Translations under genes and position numbers: made by a program
Source of the DNA: Geosiphon pyriformis uo1
Taxonomy: Eukaryota; Fungi; Glomeromycota
DNA length: 64,000 nt
Direction: 5' to 3'
Assembly: GCA_016748015.1 (NCBI GenBank)
Contig: JAAOMT010000708.1
Coordinates: 1 to 64,000, forward strand
Shown: piece after piece, positions 39,628 to 53,833 of the stretch
Position numbering within the stretch: the stretch's first letter is position 1
Layout: every line of letters starts with the position of its first letter
The notes under the pieces: generated by a model
Database searches by the model: none
Seen by the model: only the letters and a program-made list of their open reading frames with translations
What the model was told of the DNA's origin: nothing

Positions 39628-42600
39628 GCTATCGAAACCAAATTAAAATTTCTTTCTTTTTCTCTTTTCCTCACTCTATTATAATCATGGAAAACTTATT
39701 TCTTTAAGCTTTCACTTGGAACCTTGAAAAACGTTTAGCAATATAAATTCCAATATTAATTGATTTTCAGATGTTTGAATTTCAAATGTGTGTGTTTTTC
39801 TACGAATAAGAATTCTTTTAAGTTGGTTTTTTTTAGTTTTGAATTATTAAAATATACTTTATTAAAATAAAAAAATTACAATATAAAGTAGAAAAACTAT
39901 TTCATTGCAAAAAGGATTGAAGATAAAAATATATATCATGATAAAAAGTGTAAATTTTTTGTATGCCTATATATGATCAGGTCGTGTAGTTATTTGGTAA
40001 TAGTTACATTGTTGTTTTTATTGATGTTTCATACAGCTACTTGTTTGGTTACAGATTAACCAAAGTCAAAAAAGCAAATATCTTTTTCACAGAATAAACC
40101 TAGTTTTTGACTGGTTACTTTTGTTTTTCCTTTTCATCCATACAGACTTTGACGAAAGGTTCCACTGAAATATTACACGTGAGTTTGAACCTTTGAAATT
40201 TAAAGATTAAACGTGTCTTTTATTGGGGAATCATTATTTCCAAAGAGAAATTTAGGATGATTATTCAATCTAAAAAGAGGTTTATTCTTTAATGTAAAAT
40301 AGGCAATAAATTATTTAATATTTAAAACAACAATAATAATGATTTTTCGAAAATCTTAATCGATATTTTTTGAAGGTAAAGTTTTTAAACCAAAATTTTT
40401 TTCAATAGATTCCATTTCTTTTGATTCCCAAATTTCGTCATCAGGAAAACCGAATCCTAGGATCAAAAGTTAATGTTAATTCAGCTTTTCCCGGCGGTTT
40501 TTGCAAAAATACTTTATTTGAGTTGATGATTTAGATTGAATTTTTCATTATTGTAAATCCAGGAAATTAAAAGCAATGAAAATAATTGCTTTGGGCAAGC
40601 AATTGGTAATTATGAAGCGTTTTTTGATTTAATAAAAAAAAATCTTTTGTTGATTCGTTAATAACAGACCACATCAAAAACCCTATATAAAGCATTTAAA
40701 AAGATAAATCTTTGATAACTAAATTGATTCGACATTTTGGTTTGGATTACGAGTTGCATTGATGAGAAATAAACACTAATGTATAATATAAAAAAGTGAA
40801 CCAACAATAGTAAAGTTGAATAATTACAACTTTAATAGTAACTTCCACCGAGAAAATTCAAATTGGAATTCATGTGGACTTTTTTGCAAATGTAGTGTTC
40901 ACGTTTTTCTGTTTACTTTTTCCATAGTTGGTGACCAGTCGTTTTTTTTAAAAAACAAAAAAAAAAACTTTTATGAATAAACACATGGATGGGATGGGGG
41001 TGTTACAAAATTTTCTGTACTCAAAATAAAATGATTAGAATACTTTGTACCACTTTATCCAATTATTAAAAATGATGATGATGATCTGAAATGACGATTC
41101 TGTAATTTTGGTGATCGTCATGATTTCAAGAATTTTCAATAAATTTTTTCCCTTTTAAAGTTTCTTCAACTTATTATTACTTGATAAACTCTTATCTCTT
41201 TTGTTATTCTCTCTTTTAAACCCCTAAAAAAACATTATTTGCGCCAAAATAAGAGAATCTCTTAATAGCTATTCCGAAATGTAATTTCCTTTTTACACCA
41301 AATCATTATCCGATGATACAAAAATCAAATTTCTCAATACATGAGTCAAAACTGTTGCACGTCGTTTTTCAAACACTTCCTCCCCGTCGACTCTTGACAA
41401 AAAAAATATGCCAATCGAGAAATCAAGTCATCATGGCCCACACATGGATTGATTTCAAAAATCCCCATCCATCGTGAGAATATTATATCATTTAATTAGC
41501 CATTAAATGTTTCGAATAAAAGGTCAAAGTCATGGGGAAAATTTAAGATTGAAAAAATGCCAAATAAGTATTACATATTTGTCATTACCAACAAAGATTA
41601 CCAAAAAAAAATATTTGAGGATTATCTTTTAAATTGAAACGCGTCTTTGGAACAAACCACGCCTCTGTGTATCCTGACAATCAATTCAAAATAATCAAAA
41701 TTCCAAAGTACCGCCAAGGGCTCAAAATATTGATTCAATTTTTTTTAAAAAAAGCGACGCATTGTGTGTGGTCAACCGTGTCAATGACTATTATGTCGAT
41801 GAGGAGAACATCCATACGAAATGGAAAATTCATCTTCCTATCAATTATTACGTGACAATATTATGAGCCTCCTTGACCCATCACATCTTAAATTGCTACT
41901 GCCCCTCATAACAATGATGATTATAAATAATAATAATAATAATATTAATAATAATAATAATAATAATCAAAATTCTCGATCAATCGCTACTCGCTAAAAA
42001 AACCTTAGCATTTTTAACAGAGGTAATCATTTAACTCCATGCCATATGTTTCTCAGAATGTTTGAGCTAATAATTTGGGTCCCTCGTGTCTACTTTTTCA
42101 AAACTTCACATTCTCGCATATCCATAACATTTTATTTATTGAACATGATTTTCATGGCCAATAAATAAAAGAAATGATACCTGTCTGGCGTAAAACCTTG
42201 TTCAATCCCAACAAACCAATTGACCCTTCCATGAAAGTGATATCTGAAAAAAGTGAACGATCTTGGCTAAACCAGGAAGTCGTGATGCAATACAATTTTC
42301 GTCTAATACGAAATTCAAAGATTATAGCAGAATAGAATTTGTGGAAGAATGTTTTTTTGTGCAAATTTAGGTTTCTTTATTTCCGAGAATAAAAAAATTC
42401 TTGAAGAGATAAATCGTACCCCTATGTAGATATGCATTTGTATATTTTTATCACTTGGTCAAAGATTATGATTTCAATACTATAAATATTTTTTTATTTC
42501 ATTTGATTATTTTCTGCTCCCGAAATCTGCTCTATTTACATCTTTGGAGTTTATGTGATAATAATAGTTAAAAGTTTCGGCCATTATGCTTTACAATTTT

Positions 42601-42999
42601 TTTTTCTTGACTGGCCAATTGAAATTCTTTGAAATATTGAAAGATTTTAAAAATATACATTTTTGGTCCAAATATGAGCCTGAACTTTGATTCGTTGTTT
42701 CGTGTGCAAAGCGACCAATCACTGAATGAAAATTTGGTTTTGAAACTTTATTTATTGACTCTGGGAATTTTCGGTATTAAGAGTTTGAAATTTGGAAGTC
42801 TCAATTATGAACCATTATTCAACCTTCTGAAGAGATATCCTTTCTCTTGCTATTTTTTTTCCCAAAATCTTCTAATCAATTACAGAATTTTAACTTATTA
42901 ATCTACTAATAAATAAAAATACTTTCAACTATCAATTCATCTTTACATTTGTGATCAGTCATTTAAATAAAAGCGAAATGTTAGCTAAAAGAAAATTTT

Positions 43000-44046
43000 T
43001 ATTTTTAATGTCAATATTCAGGTTAAAAGAATATTATTAAAAAAATAAATTTTTTCTTAAAAAGTAATAAAAATAAAAAGTATTTTAATTGATCTATCTA
43101 TTTGGTTTCATATTCATTAAACATGTTTAATTATTAAAAAAAAAGTTGTAATATATATATATATATTTTAAAGTTTTAAGTAAGATTTAAAAAAATTCTT
43201 TAATTTGTTAATTATGTAGTTTTATTAATATTGATTATTTGTGTTTTTTTATTTGATTAAACCAGATTAAATACAGTATAAATATAAATTTATTAAGTTA
43301 TTACATATTTTAAATTAAACAATCATTAATATTATTATTATTAATAAATAAGTAATTTTATAATTACAACCAAAACAAACAGTAAAAAAAAGCAATTCTT
43401 GTTTTTTTGTAGTTAACAAAAGTATTATTACTTAAAAAGCATTTTTGATAATAAAAACAATTAAAAAGTATATAAGTATTTTTTTAAATAATAAAAAGCA
43501 AAACAGTTTTTAATTATTAAAAAAGCATTATTTGTTGCTTAAAAAAGTAAAACAGCAAAAAAACAATTTTTTTTAACAAATCTAAAACTAAATTTTTATA
43601 AACTTTTAAAAATTAATGTATATTTTAACAAACTATAAATTATTTTATTAATTATTAAATATTTTATTAAATTTTTAAATATTTTGACAAATTTATAAAT
43701 ATTATATAATTTAAAATATTATATAATCAAATTAATAATTTAAATAAATAATGAATAATAAAATATAATTAATATTATATATTAATTAATAATAAAAATC
43801 ATAAAAATAATTGTATATTAATTAATAATTTAAATTTTATTTTATTAGAAAACAACACAACATTATTATTATTATTTATTAAATACTTTAATATAATTTT
43901 TTTAAAAAACTGTTTAAAAATATTTTTATAATATAGTATTTTGAATAAATTTTAAACTATAGCAAATTTTGTAACTTAATACAATAATAATATTAATACT
44001 TTAAAAATTTTGGTAAATTAATTTTTTGTATAATAAACAAAAATTC

Positions 44047-44078
<32 letters not shown>

Positions 44079-46640
44079 ATATTTAATTTTTTTAATATAA
44101 TAACTAATTTATTCTAATTTTTTGGTAAATAATCTTAGTTTTTTAACTATTTTTTTTATATTATTTCTTGTATTTTTTACCAAAAAATTCTTAATGTTAT
44201 AATCTTAGCACTTTTTTTTAATTAATTAGTAATCAAATAAATATAACAAGAAAATAAAAATTAAAAATTAATATTCTGTTAATAGTTATAATTAAAATAA
44301 TAAATATATAAATAATGATTTTATTAAAAAAAATCACTTTAAGTATTAGATTTTTAATAGTTAAAATTACTTAATAATAATTTTAATTTGTTTGTTTTTT
44401 TTTGCTTTTAATATTATTATTATTATATATATATATATTTGTAATACAAGATTTTTGGAATTTTTAATAAATTTTTACATTTTTTTTGAATTATTATTAA
44501 AATTCTTAGTATTCTTGAAATTTTTTCTGGTATTTCTAATAATTTTAATATTATATAATTTTATAATTTCTTAATCTATTATTAATTAATTTATATTATA
44601 TTTAATTATTTAAATTATTTTATAAGTAATATTATCTTTTTTTAATATTATATTTTTATAAAATTCATTAAATTTTTATTTTAAATAAATTTATTTACTT
44701 TTTTTATATTATAATATTGTATTTAGTTCTTAAATTGTAAGTTAATTATTTTTTTAAGTTGATTTACTGTTAATAATTTTATATTAATATTATAATTTAT
44801 TGTTTAGTATATTATTTTATAAGTTAATGCTCTTAATTTCAATTATAATCTAAAGATTTTAAAATATTTGAAAAGTTTTTGTGATTGAATTGTTTATATA
44901 ATAAACAAAAATTCAATAATAATAATAAACAATATTTAATATTTAACTTTTTTGGTGTAATAATTAATTTATTTTAATGTTTTTATTCTTTTAATAAGTA
45001 ATTCTAGTTTTTTAATTATTTATGTTATTTTTTGTGTTTTTTATCAAATAATTTTTAATATTATAATTTTAACACTTTTTTTTAATTAATTAATAAACAA
45101 AAATAAAACTCAAAGAAATAAAAATGATAAAAAAATAGAAATTAATATTTTATCAATAATTATAATTAAAAACTATTGTTTTAATATTATTAATAATATT
45201 ATGTTAATAATATTTACATTAATAGAAAGATATTGAATTTTAACAAAATAAATATAGATTTATAAATATTAAATATTAAATAATTTAAATAATAAATTTA
45301 TTTTAGATAAATATTTATTTTAAATATTAGATTTGTTAATTGTTAAAGTTATTTTATAAAAATAAAACTAGATTTATTTATTTTTATAATTCAAAAATTT
45401 AGTAAAAATTATAAAAATAATATAAAAATATTCAATTATAATATAGTACAATAATAATTTTAAAAAAACAATAATTAATATAGTAGTAATTACTAAATAA
45501 TATTAGCAATAAGTATTCTTATAATAATAATAAATATTATAGTATAATAATAAGAAATATTATGTTGAAATATTAAAAATAAAGTATTATAATATGTTTT
45601 TTTATAGAACTATAAACATATATATATAATAGTTTTAATATTACATATTAATTATTTTTTAAAAGCATTAACTTTTAAAAATAAATATCCAAAAAATCTT
45701 AAATTAAAAAATAATAATAAATAGTATTAAAAACCAAATTAATACAATAAAAATACTAAAAAACTTACTTATACTATTTATTAGTTAAATTTTTTGAAAA
45801 AATAATCTTTAATTAAAATTATTATTAAAATTAAAAAAAAACATTAAAAATTATTAATATTTTATGTTTTAGATTAAAAAAACACTTTAATTAATTACAA
45901 AAAAAGTTTCAAAAAAATTACAACAGAATTCAAATTAGCTTTTGAAAAAAATACATAAATATATATAATAATTAAGATTTAAGAAAGTTTATATTATAAT
46001 ATTAACAAAAAAGTTTTAAATATTTTATTATTATTAATACATAAATAAAATTAAAGAACTTATAAAAAATTAATTATAAATAAAACATAAATATTAACAA
46101 TTAATATACTAAAAAATACTTCTGTAATATTTAGTAAACTTAATAAAAAAAAATTTAAAAAATTTAAAAATTAATAATAATTAATAATAATTTATTGCTA
46201 AAAATAAAAAAATAAAAGTAGTAATAAAAACTCTTAATTTTATAATTATTAAATTTTGGCATGCTTTTTATTTATAATATTTAAGTAATTTTAGATTACT
46301 AAAAGAGTATTTTTTAATTAAATCTGTTTTTATTTATTATATTAATATTAAAATAAATTATTACATAGAAAAAAAAAATTACACAATATAAAACTTAGAT
46401 TATACAAGAAATTATCACAATATACCATAAAAAAAACAACAATATTAGTCATAATAATTGTTAAAATTCATAAAATTAAGCAATATATCAATAAAAATTA
46501 TCTAATATTTACAAAAAAAATTAAAAAACATGCTAATAAAAATCCAAAAATTAGTTATAAATACTTAAAAAAACTGGTATATAATTAGTAAAAAAACAAC
46601 ATATTTATTTATTAAAAAACAATGTTAAAAAAATAAAAAA
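43000..46640. repeat. Extremely AT-rich eroded TE relics (LTR pieces ~43960-45190 on the minus strand)
   Basis: Segments are inverse-colinear with 27130-27700 and with LTR U3 motifs; near-total loss of C/G. Confidence 0.6.
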
Positions 46641-46723
46641 CTTCATTCATTCATTCATTCTAAATTCCTAAAAAAAGAGTCTAAAGTTTTTTGAAAGAAG
46701 TTTTTTTTCAATATTTAGTATGA

Positions 46724-47539
46724 TGTTACTCATAAAATATAGGAAATATAGTATTATTAGTCAGTAGATATTAGCCAATCAGATGGAGATATAGTAAATG
46801 TGGAATTCCAGGATTCCTCTCATCAGAAATCACAAAATTCTAGAAATTCCAAGATTCCTGTTGCAAGGAATTGAGAAATTGAGGAATCTTAATTATGTAT
46901 ATATAGCAATAGGATTAGAAACTAAAAAGACAGACCTCAGAAGTTTAGATTTCCTCTAAGCAATCTTCCACATCACAAATATCAAATAAATAATTATTCA
47001 CTATCTCAAATTTCTTCTCAACTATCAACATGAAATGTTAATAATAGCATATACTTAACCATACTGGAACAATAGCTCTTGATCATGGCTATTGACAGGA
47101 TACAAATCAAAATCACCTTGGCTTATTTTCTTTATTTCATTTTTTTTTCTTTTTTTCTTTTTTTTCCTTGTGTTGTTTTGTTGTTATATACTAATTGATT
47201 AAGGATTAGAAGCACTGAGTTATTGACATCACAGATAGCCTGGTAAAAAACCCAGAAATAAGAGTAGAATTTTATATATTATCAGATAGCTTACTAGAAA
47301 AGCATAACTGCCAGACTAAATCTGGCTTCTATGCTGAGAAAGAAATTGAACAGAATTGTGATTCTGAAGACTATTACAAATACAGTTGAATCTCTGTTCA
47401 TTATACAAAGAACTCCACCAAAACCCTTCAAATTGTATAAGACCTTCAGATTACCAACATTAACAGAAATCAATAGCTTTTGAGTACTAAGTTATGGGTT
47501 TGTTATTTATTCTTACACCAAAAATAATCACTTGTAACA
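46724..47539 (+). repeat. 5' LTR of A3
   Basis: tgttact...tgtaaca; repeat of 55913-56732. Confidence 0.95.
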
Positions 47540-47541
47540 TT

Positions 47542-47558
47542 TGGTGCTCTCTATGAGG
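47542..47558 (+). promoter_or_regulatory. Primer-binding site of A3 (TGGTGCTCTCTATGAGG)
   Basis: 2 nt after the LTR end; shaped like the complement of a tRNA 3' end. Confidence 0.82.
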
Positions 47559-47601
47559 TATAATCCTACAGAGAACCAGCACCAACAAACACCATCCAAA
47601 A

Positions 47602-50600
47602 GTGGCAGAATTAGAAAACATAAAAGCAAACCATTTAGGATTTGCGAAATTCCTATTTCAACACTATTGTCAACACTTGGGATTAAACCACAATCATATA
47701 TCCACTGAATCAGCCTTTAATTTCTACATCAACAAAAAGATTTCCTCTTTGTTAAGAACACCAGTAAATACTGAAGCAGCCAGGAAAACTTTCTATAGAG
47801 AATTAATTCAAAATACCAATCTGCCAACAAATCACAATTTTGTGTCTATCATTACTGAAATCAACAAAGAAATTGAACATCACACCCAACAAAGGTATTC
47901 AATTACTTATGCTAGTAAAGGCAAAAGAAAACTACAAACACCAGCAGTAACACCCAAAAAAATACAACCACCCACTTGGAAGAAAACAAGAGTTGAATCA
48001 CCAACTGCTTCATCCTATCACTATACACCAGGAAGTGCCATCAATATAACATCAGTAAGCATGTCCACATCAAACAAAACATCAACATTTGGACGATTCC
48101 CATTCCAAAGTAAACAAAGGAAAACAGAGTTATTAGGACCATACAGCAAATATTTTGAAGGATTTAAATTGTGATTACCAACACCATCAGGAATTCGATT
48201 ACCACCGCCTCAATCGAACTTTGGAACTGCTACCCCGTGGAAACTATCTGAAGAAGAAGAGGAAGAAGAAGAATTGAAAGATTAAGAATTTACTTACCAA
48301 AACCTGATCACTGAAAACCCGGAAGTTGAAACCCCAAATCTTCAAACTCAGCAAAATCTAAATCTAGAAAATTTGGAAATAGAAACTCCGAATCATCAAA
48401 GGCAGAACAATCCAAACCCTAAATTAATTAATCAGCAAAACTTACTTCTGGTAATTGTCATCAATCAACCACCAATTAATTCAATAGCCAAACCCATACA
48501 ACAACCACTTCAATAGTCCTAGCAACCTATAGTACTAATAGTCTATGCACCAATTGCCAAATTAGAAAAATTCACCAGTAAAGAAGATAATGCTCAAGCT
48601 TGGTTGAATAATGTTGCCAAAGCAATCACAACAAACAATTGGAATGATGACAGAGCTCTTCAGGCAATCCCATATTTCCTCCAAGATATTGCAGATTCAT
48701 GGTACCAAAGCTTAGTCACAAAACCTCAAACATTCAATGCATTTAAGTAGGAGTTTCTAAGATATTTCAGTAATAATAACAGTATCAACTGTTTGGTAAA
48801 TACTTTTACTACCATTAAACAAGGGGACACTGAAGCTGTTACCACATACTTGGGACAATTCCATAGATGCCTACGTTAGATCCAAGCTATCAATGCTGAT
48901 TATTTCACAGTGGCCCAAATTTTAAATCAGTTTATCAGAAGCTTACACAGTAGTATTCTCCAGTGTGTATGTTCACTACATCCAGCAGATTTACAAGCAG
49001 CCATTACTAATGCCAGAAATTTTGAAGCAGTTGAACTCGAAGCTAACCACACCCAAGCCATTAATCTAGTAATGAATGGATCATCTGAATTGGATTCTAA
49101 ATTAAAACAATTCAGTAATTCCATCAATCAAAAATTAGAGGGATACTTAGCTGACAATCGAGCAATTTATCAACCATCACAATGATGCAACAATCAGGGA
49201 AACTCTAATCATGTCCAAAATCAGCCATGTCCATCATTTTCGGCCAATCAACAGTGACAACAAAAAACGCATATTTGTCACTATTGTGGTAAACAAAGAC
49301 ACATACAAGTCGATTGCTATCAGCATTTAAATAACCAATGATTGGAAAATCAATATCAAAATCCCGATTGCCAGTTCTCAGCTCCGAGTTTCCAGCAAAA
49401 TCAAGAACAATATCAACACTTACCTCATTATGCACCAATGACACAACAATCAATTTATCAGCCTCTGGTATATCAAGCTCCAATTTATCAACTGCAGCCA
49501 CAAGTAATTTATCAACAACCACAGCCACCAATAATCTATCAACTCCAACAAATTCAAACACCACCCCAAAACTTACCATTCAATGGAACACAAAGACTGA
49601 GAATAGCTCAACAGAGCTGGAGATTGGTGATGGTAGTCTATTAGCCAATCCCTAGTTCTTTACAGCAACCATTTGAATTATGCCAGCAGAATTTGGGTAC
49701 CGGTCAACCCCAGAACCCAAATTCCCAGAACTATTTAAGTCTCTTGATCACCCCAAAAGATGCCTCAGCCAATAACCTAGAATCTGCCCAAAAACAACCA
49801 CTCACCAGTAATATCTCACCTGCTACTATCACCGAAGATGAGTTCTTGACTGCTATCTTCTCATTCGAATTTGAGGAAACAACTGCAATGCCATTATTTA
49901 ATGAAGCTGCTCTTGAAGCCAAACCAATCACCGTGATGTACATGGATGCCAAAGTTGATGGACAATCTATCAAATTGATCCTTAACAGCGGTTTAGCAGG
50001 TAGCATTATCACATAACAACTCATGGACCAATTAAGTTGCCGAGTTGATTATGCTGCCAGCGCCAGAATCATCACAGCCAATAGAGCAACCAAAATGCCT
50101 ATTGGCAAGATAGATGAATTCCCATTTAAAGTCAATGGCATCATCACTTCCATCAAAGTCTTGGTGATGGAAGCCACCCAATACCAAGCTCTAGTTGGTA
50201 ATGACTGGCTGTTCAAAACCAATGCCATTCTGGACTGGATGATACAAGAGCTCTAACTAAGTGTCAATGGTCAATACACACATGTGCCAGCCACATGTGA
50301 CCACTTTAAGGTTCTGTCAAGAGAGGAACCATTGATAGAGCTGGAAGAAGAAGAAAAAAGCCTATTTGAAAAGCTTACCAAGTTTTGTAGGCCAACAACA
50401 ACCACAACAAATTGCCACCTGTACTCTCATGGAACGACAAAGGAAAGAGAAAAGAAGAAGAAGAACTTACTTGGGGAACAAACTAAGAATTGTAGAGTGA
50501 CGACGGCCAAAGCAAACCAGCCACTGAATGGAGTTGAGAAGAAAAGGGGAAAGGAAAGAAACAGAAAGAAGAACCAAAACAAACCACCTCCTCTACTCAT

Positions 50601-53600
50601 ATTCCATATACGACACCACCTCAAAACGCTTACCATCGACCCAAACTCGTATGTGTCAGTTGTGGCAAGAAACTGTCAATAATGAATGTATGCTGTAGTA
50701 AGAACGAAGAATGGATGACAGCAACCGAGTACTATTGTTGCCCATGCGTCCTTGAATGCAATGGACGACTACCAAAAATAGAAAAATAAGATGGTACCTT
50801 GTATTTAGCTTGTGGAGATACTTTTTTAGATGAAGGGATGTGGAAAGACATTCCTGGAAGAGAAGGAGCATGCAATGAGACATGCCAATACACCATTCTG
50901 ATCAATGACTGAGTACGAAAGGGAACTCCCATTGATGATGCCTAAAAGCAAGCATTAAGACATCTAGAAGGATACCCACACAACAAAGATGAGATCTGAA
51001 GAATAGCATATGCTATGTTAAAAAGCAATACAACAGAGGAGCTGAGAGAAATTAAAAACAACTCACTATCCCTACCTGAGCCCGAATATGTCCAAATTTT
51101 TGATGTCTTCAACAACATCGAAGACGATCCAGAGAAATTTCATGAGCACTACCAGCAACTAACATCCACAAAAGAAGAACAAGAAGAGCACTTAGCACAG
51201 CTAAACACCTGGCTATGTGACCACTGTTTAATTCCATGTGACTTTCAATATTGTAATGAGTGTGACCTCATTTACAATCCACCACCACGCATAATCTACA
51301 TGATCCCTAAAGAGGAAGAACCAATCAGCAATTGCATATCAAAATTAGAATCACCGATCAATTGCAATTCAAACTCCGACAACGACGACAACAACAATGG
51401 TTCAAGTTCTGTTCAAAATGGCAATGACAATGACAATAATTCCAACTCAGATCCAAACTCCAATACAAACTACAAACAATATATTGCACTACCAGATCTC
51501 TTCAAGGAGCAGGAGTTGAAATGGTATAGTGACAATGGGGAAGGTATCATGCCAGAATGTGCACATAATACTGATGCAGGGTTTGATCTAAGATATCCAG
51601 GAAAAGATGCCATCAAATTGAAGCCAAATGTGCAAATATGTATTGATTTGAGAATAGCTTTAGAGATCCCAGCAACAACCATGGTTCTGTTAGCGTCTAG
51701 GAGTAGTTTAGCGAAAAAAGGGATTAATATTAGAGGGAGAATAGTGGATGCAGGATATACAGAAAATATCAGTGCCATGTTACAAAATGACTCAAAAAAG
51801 GCTTACACCATTGAGCCAAATGAAAAGATAGCACAGGCCATATTCCTGCCACTAGTCAAAGTAGCTAGTTTAGTGTCAGTAGGAACAAAAGAGAAATTAG
51901 GAATAACAGTAAGAGAGATACAAGGATTTGGATCAATGAGTAGAATAAATATACCAGTTAATATGGCAGAAAAAAATTGTTGGCCAAGGAGAAATTATCT
52001 TAACCAGTCAAGCTATTTCCATTCCACCATATAGCCAGTACATGCTAGCAATAGAAAGGAAGGAAAAAGAACAGAATCAGATTTTTGAAGCAGAACCAAC
52101 TCTTTGTGAATCAAAAGAGATTGGACTCATCAATCTCCACATACCAGCCAAAGATTACAGCCACATCAAAATTCCCATCTACAACAACACAGGAAATGTC
52201 ATAGTAATACCAGCCAAAACCACCATGGGATACTTAAACACTGAAATAGAGAATCAACCACCAAACCCCATTCCAGACTTTCCACAGCTTTGTGGATATG
52301 TCGACATTACATCACAAACAATCTATGAACAAGACAAATGTTATTTGCTCCAACTAGAACAATTAAAACAAATGAACATAGAAAATCTAAACCCACTATA
52401 ACATATGTAGCTTAAGATGTTACTCAACAATTTCAATAACATCTTTGCCAGCGAAAACGAATTTGGCAGAACTGACATTATCTAACATTAAATCAAGACT
52501 GGAGATGCAATGCCAATCAAACAGCAAGCATATAAAGTACCACCAGCCAGCCATGAAATCATCTGTCAAAAGATTAATCAAATGCTTGACAATGAGTTAA
52601 TTCAGTCATCAATGAGTCCATGGTCATCACCAATAGTACTCATCCATAAGAAGAATAGAAAGATCCGATTTTGTGTGAACTACAGGAAACTAAATAGTGT
52701 AACTTGTGAAGACAACTATCTAACTCTATGGATACAAGAACTATTCAACGCTTTTGGTAGAAACAAATAGTTCTCAATGTTAGACTTAGATAGTGGTTAC
52801 TGGCAAGTAGCCATGAATTCAGCCAACAAAAAAAAAATGGCATTCACCACAAGAGAGGGAAACTTTGAGTTTAAAGTTATGCCATTTGGCTTAACCAACG
52901 CACCAGCCACTTTCCAATGGCTAATGGAAATTGTTTATATTGGCTTATTGTAGAAATCAGTAGTTGTATACTTGGACAACACCAATGTATTCTCAAAAAC
53001 ATTTGATGATCATCTTCATCATTTTCAACAAGTGTTTGAAAGACTAAGAAGAGCAGGATTAAAGTTAAATGCAACAAAGTGCTTCTTTGGCAAGACAGAA
53101 CTAAAATTCTTGGGACATATAGTCAGCAAAGATGGCATCAAAACGGATCTAAAGAAAATAGAAATAGTAAAGAACTTTTCAGTGCTGACTAATATGACAG
53201 AACTGAAATCATTCTTGGGATTTGCCAGCTACTATTGACGTTTTATCAAGAACTTTTCTAAGATAGCACAGCCACTTAACCAACTGCAAATCAAGAATAC
53301 AAAATATGAATAGACAGAAAGTCAACAAGAAGCTTTTAATATTCTGAAAAGAAAGCTCATTTAAGCTCTAGTATTGATCTATCCAGATCACAGCAAACCA
53401 TTCATCATCACCACTAATGCATCTGGCCAAGCATTAGGAGCAGTACTATCTCAGAGAAGACCAGATGGCAGAGAATATTCAGTAGTATATGCCAGCAGAG
53501 ATTTAACACCAGCCAAAAAGAATTATGGAATACTGGAACAAGAACACTTAGCGATATACTGGGCAGTCATGAAATGGAAAGAATACTTGAGCCAGAAGTT

Positions 53601-53772
53601 TGAAATATACACAGATCACAAAAAACTAACATCACTTCAAAAACAAGAAGTTGGAGATGGAAGACAATCAAGATGGAAAATAGCACTCGTACCATATAAT
53701 TATACTATATATTATAAAAAGAGAAAAGACAACAGAAATGCTGACTGTTTATTGTGAATGAGACAAATCTAA
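47602..53772 (+). pseudogene. A3 polyprotein (~2057 codons): ORF0-Gag-PR-Cys-rich-dUTPase-RT-RNase H
   Basis: Track ORFs 47602, 48910, 49342, 49693, 50023, 50284, 52042, 52510, 52972 and 53374 share one frame. Only ~50355-51975 is shifted, by two compensating A-run indels. Ends MRQI* (TAA 53770-72). Confidence 0.88.
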
Positions 53773-53833
53773 GGACATTTTAACCCAAAAATATAACAAA
53801 ACCAAAACAATACTCACGAAAATATAACAAAAG

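Noticed and set aside
45200-46620. Possible eroded Gypsy RT/RNase H coding relic
   Set aside because: Only faint motif echoes in near-pure A/T sequence; not supportable without alignment.
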